Of a stretch of DNA of 57,294 nucleotides, positions 57,280-57,294 are shown piece by piece. Every line of letters begins with the position of its first letter. Positions within the stretch are counted from its first letter, which is position 1. Under the pieces are notes generated by a model, which saw only the letters and a list, made by a program, of their open reading frames with translations, had not been told where the DNA came from and ran no database searches. This stretch comes from a virus (taxonomy: Duplodnaviria; Caudoviricetes). The DNA is taken from IMG/VR virus record IMGVR_UViG_3300025108_000056, positions 1 through 57,294 of that record; one strand, given 5' to 3'. A program made the translations under genes and the position numbers.

Positions 57280-57294
57280 TTTTCTTCATCTCCT

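Overview
A gene-dense fragment of a large tailed archaeal dsDNA virus, most consistent with a magrovirus (virus of Marine Group II/Poseidoniales archaea). This assignment is inferred from gene content: group II chaperonin, archaeal-type PolB, PCNA-like clamp, RFC, fused PriS-PriL primase, ERCC4 nuclease, MCM-like ATPase, TATA promoters and GAGGTGA-type ribosome sites. Bases 1-24675 (+) are a tail/structural module with a ~5,490-aa giant protein, LamG domains and an embedded ADP-ribosyltransferase-like gene. Bases 24678-41123 (-) are a replication/recombination operon interleaved with Zn-finger microproteins. Bases 41120-57294 (-) are an early/accessory region (PC4-like, DenV-like glycosylase, DUF932, SNF2/HARP helicase, ArdC, many small ORFs). 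Main unexplained signals: (i) four tandem genes built from two near-identical DNA blocks alternating with unrelated variable segments, plus a fifth remote partial copy; (ii) seven copies of a ~26-bp TATA-containing element and a recurrent gene-junction motif; (iii) a ligase-like protein with no catalytic lysine; (iv) a PolB with non-canonical motifs (YGHTDS, KxxxASFYG, GLYPS); (v) apparent genome-wide avoidance of GATC, AGCT, ACGT and CCWGG. All calls were made by eye, without database searches.
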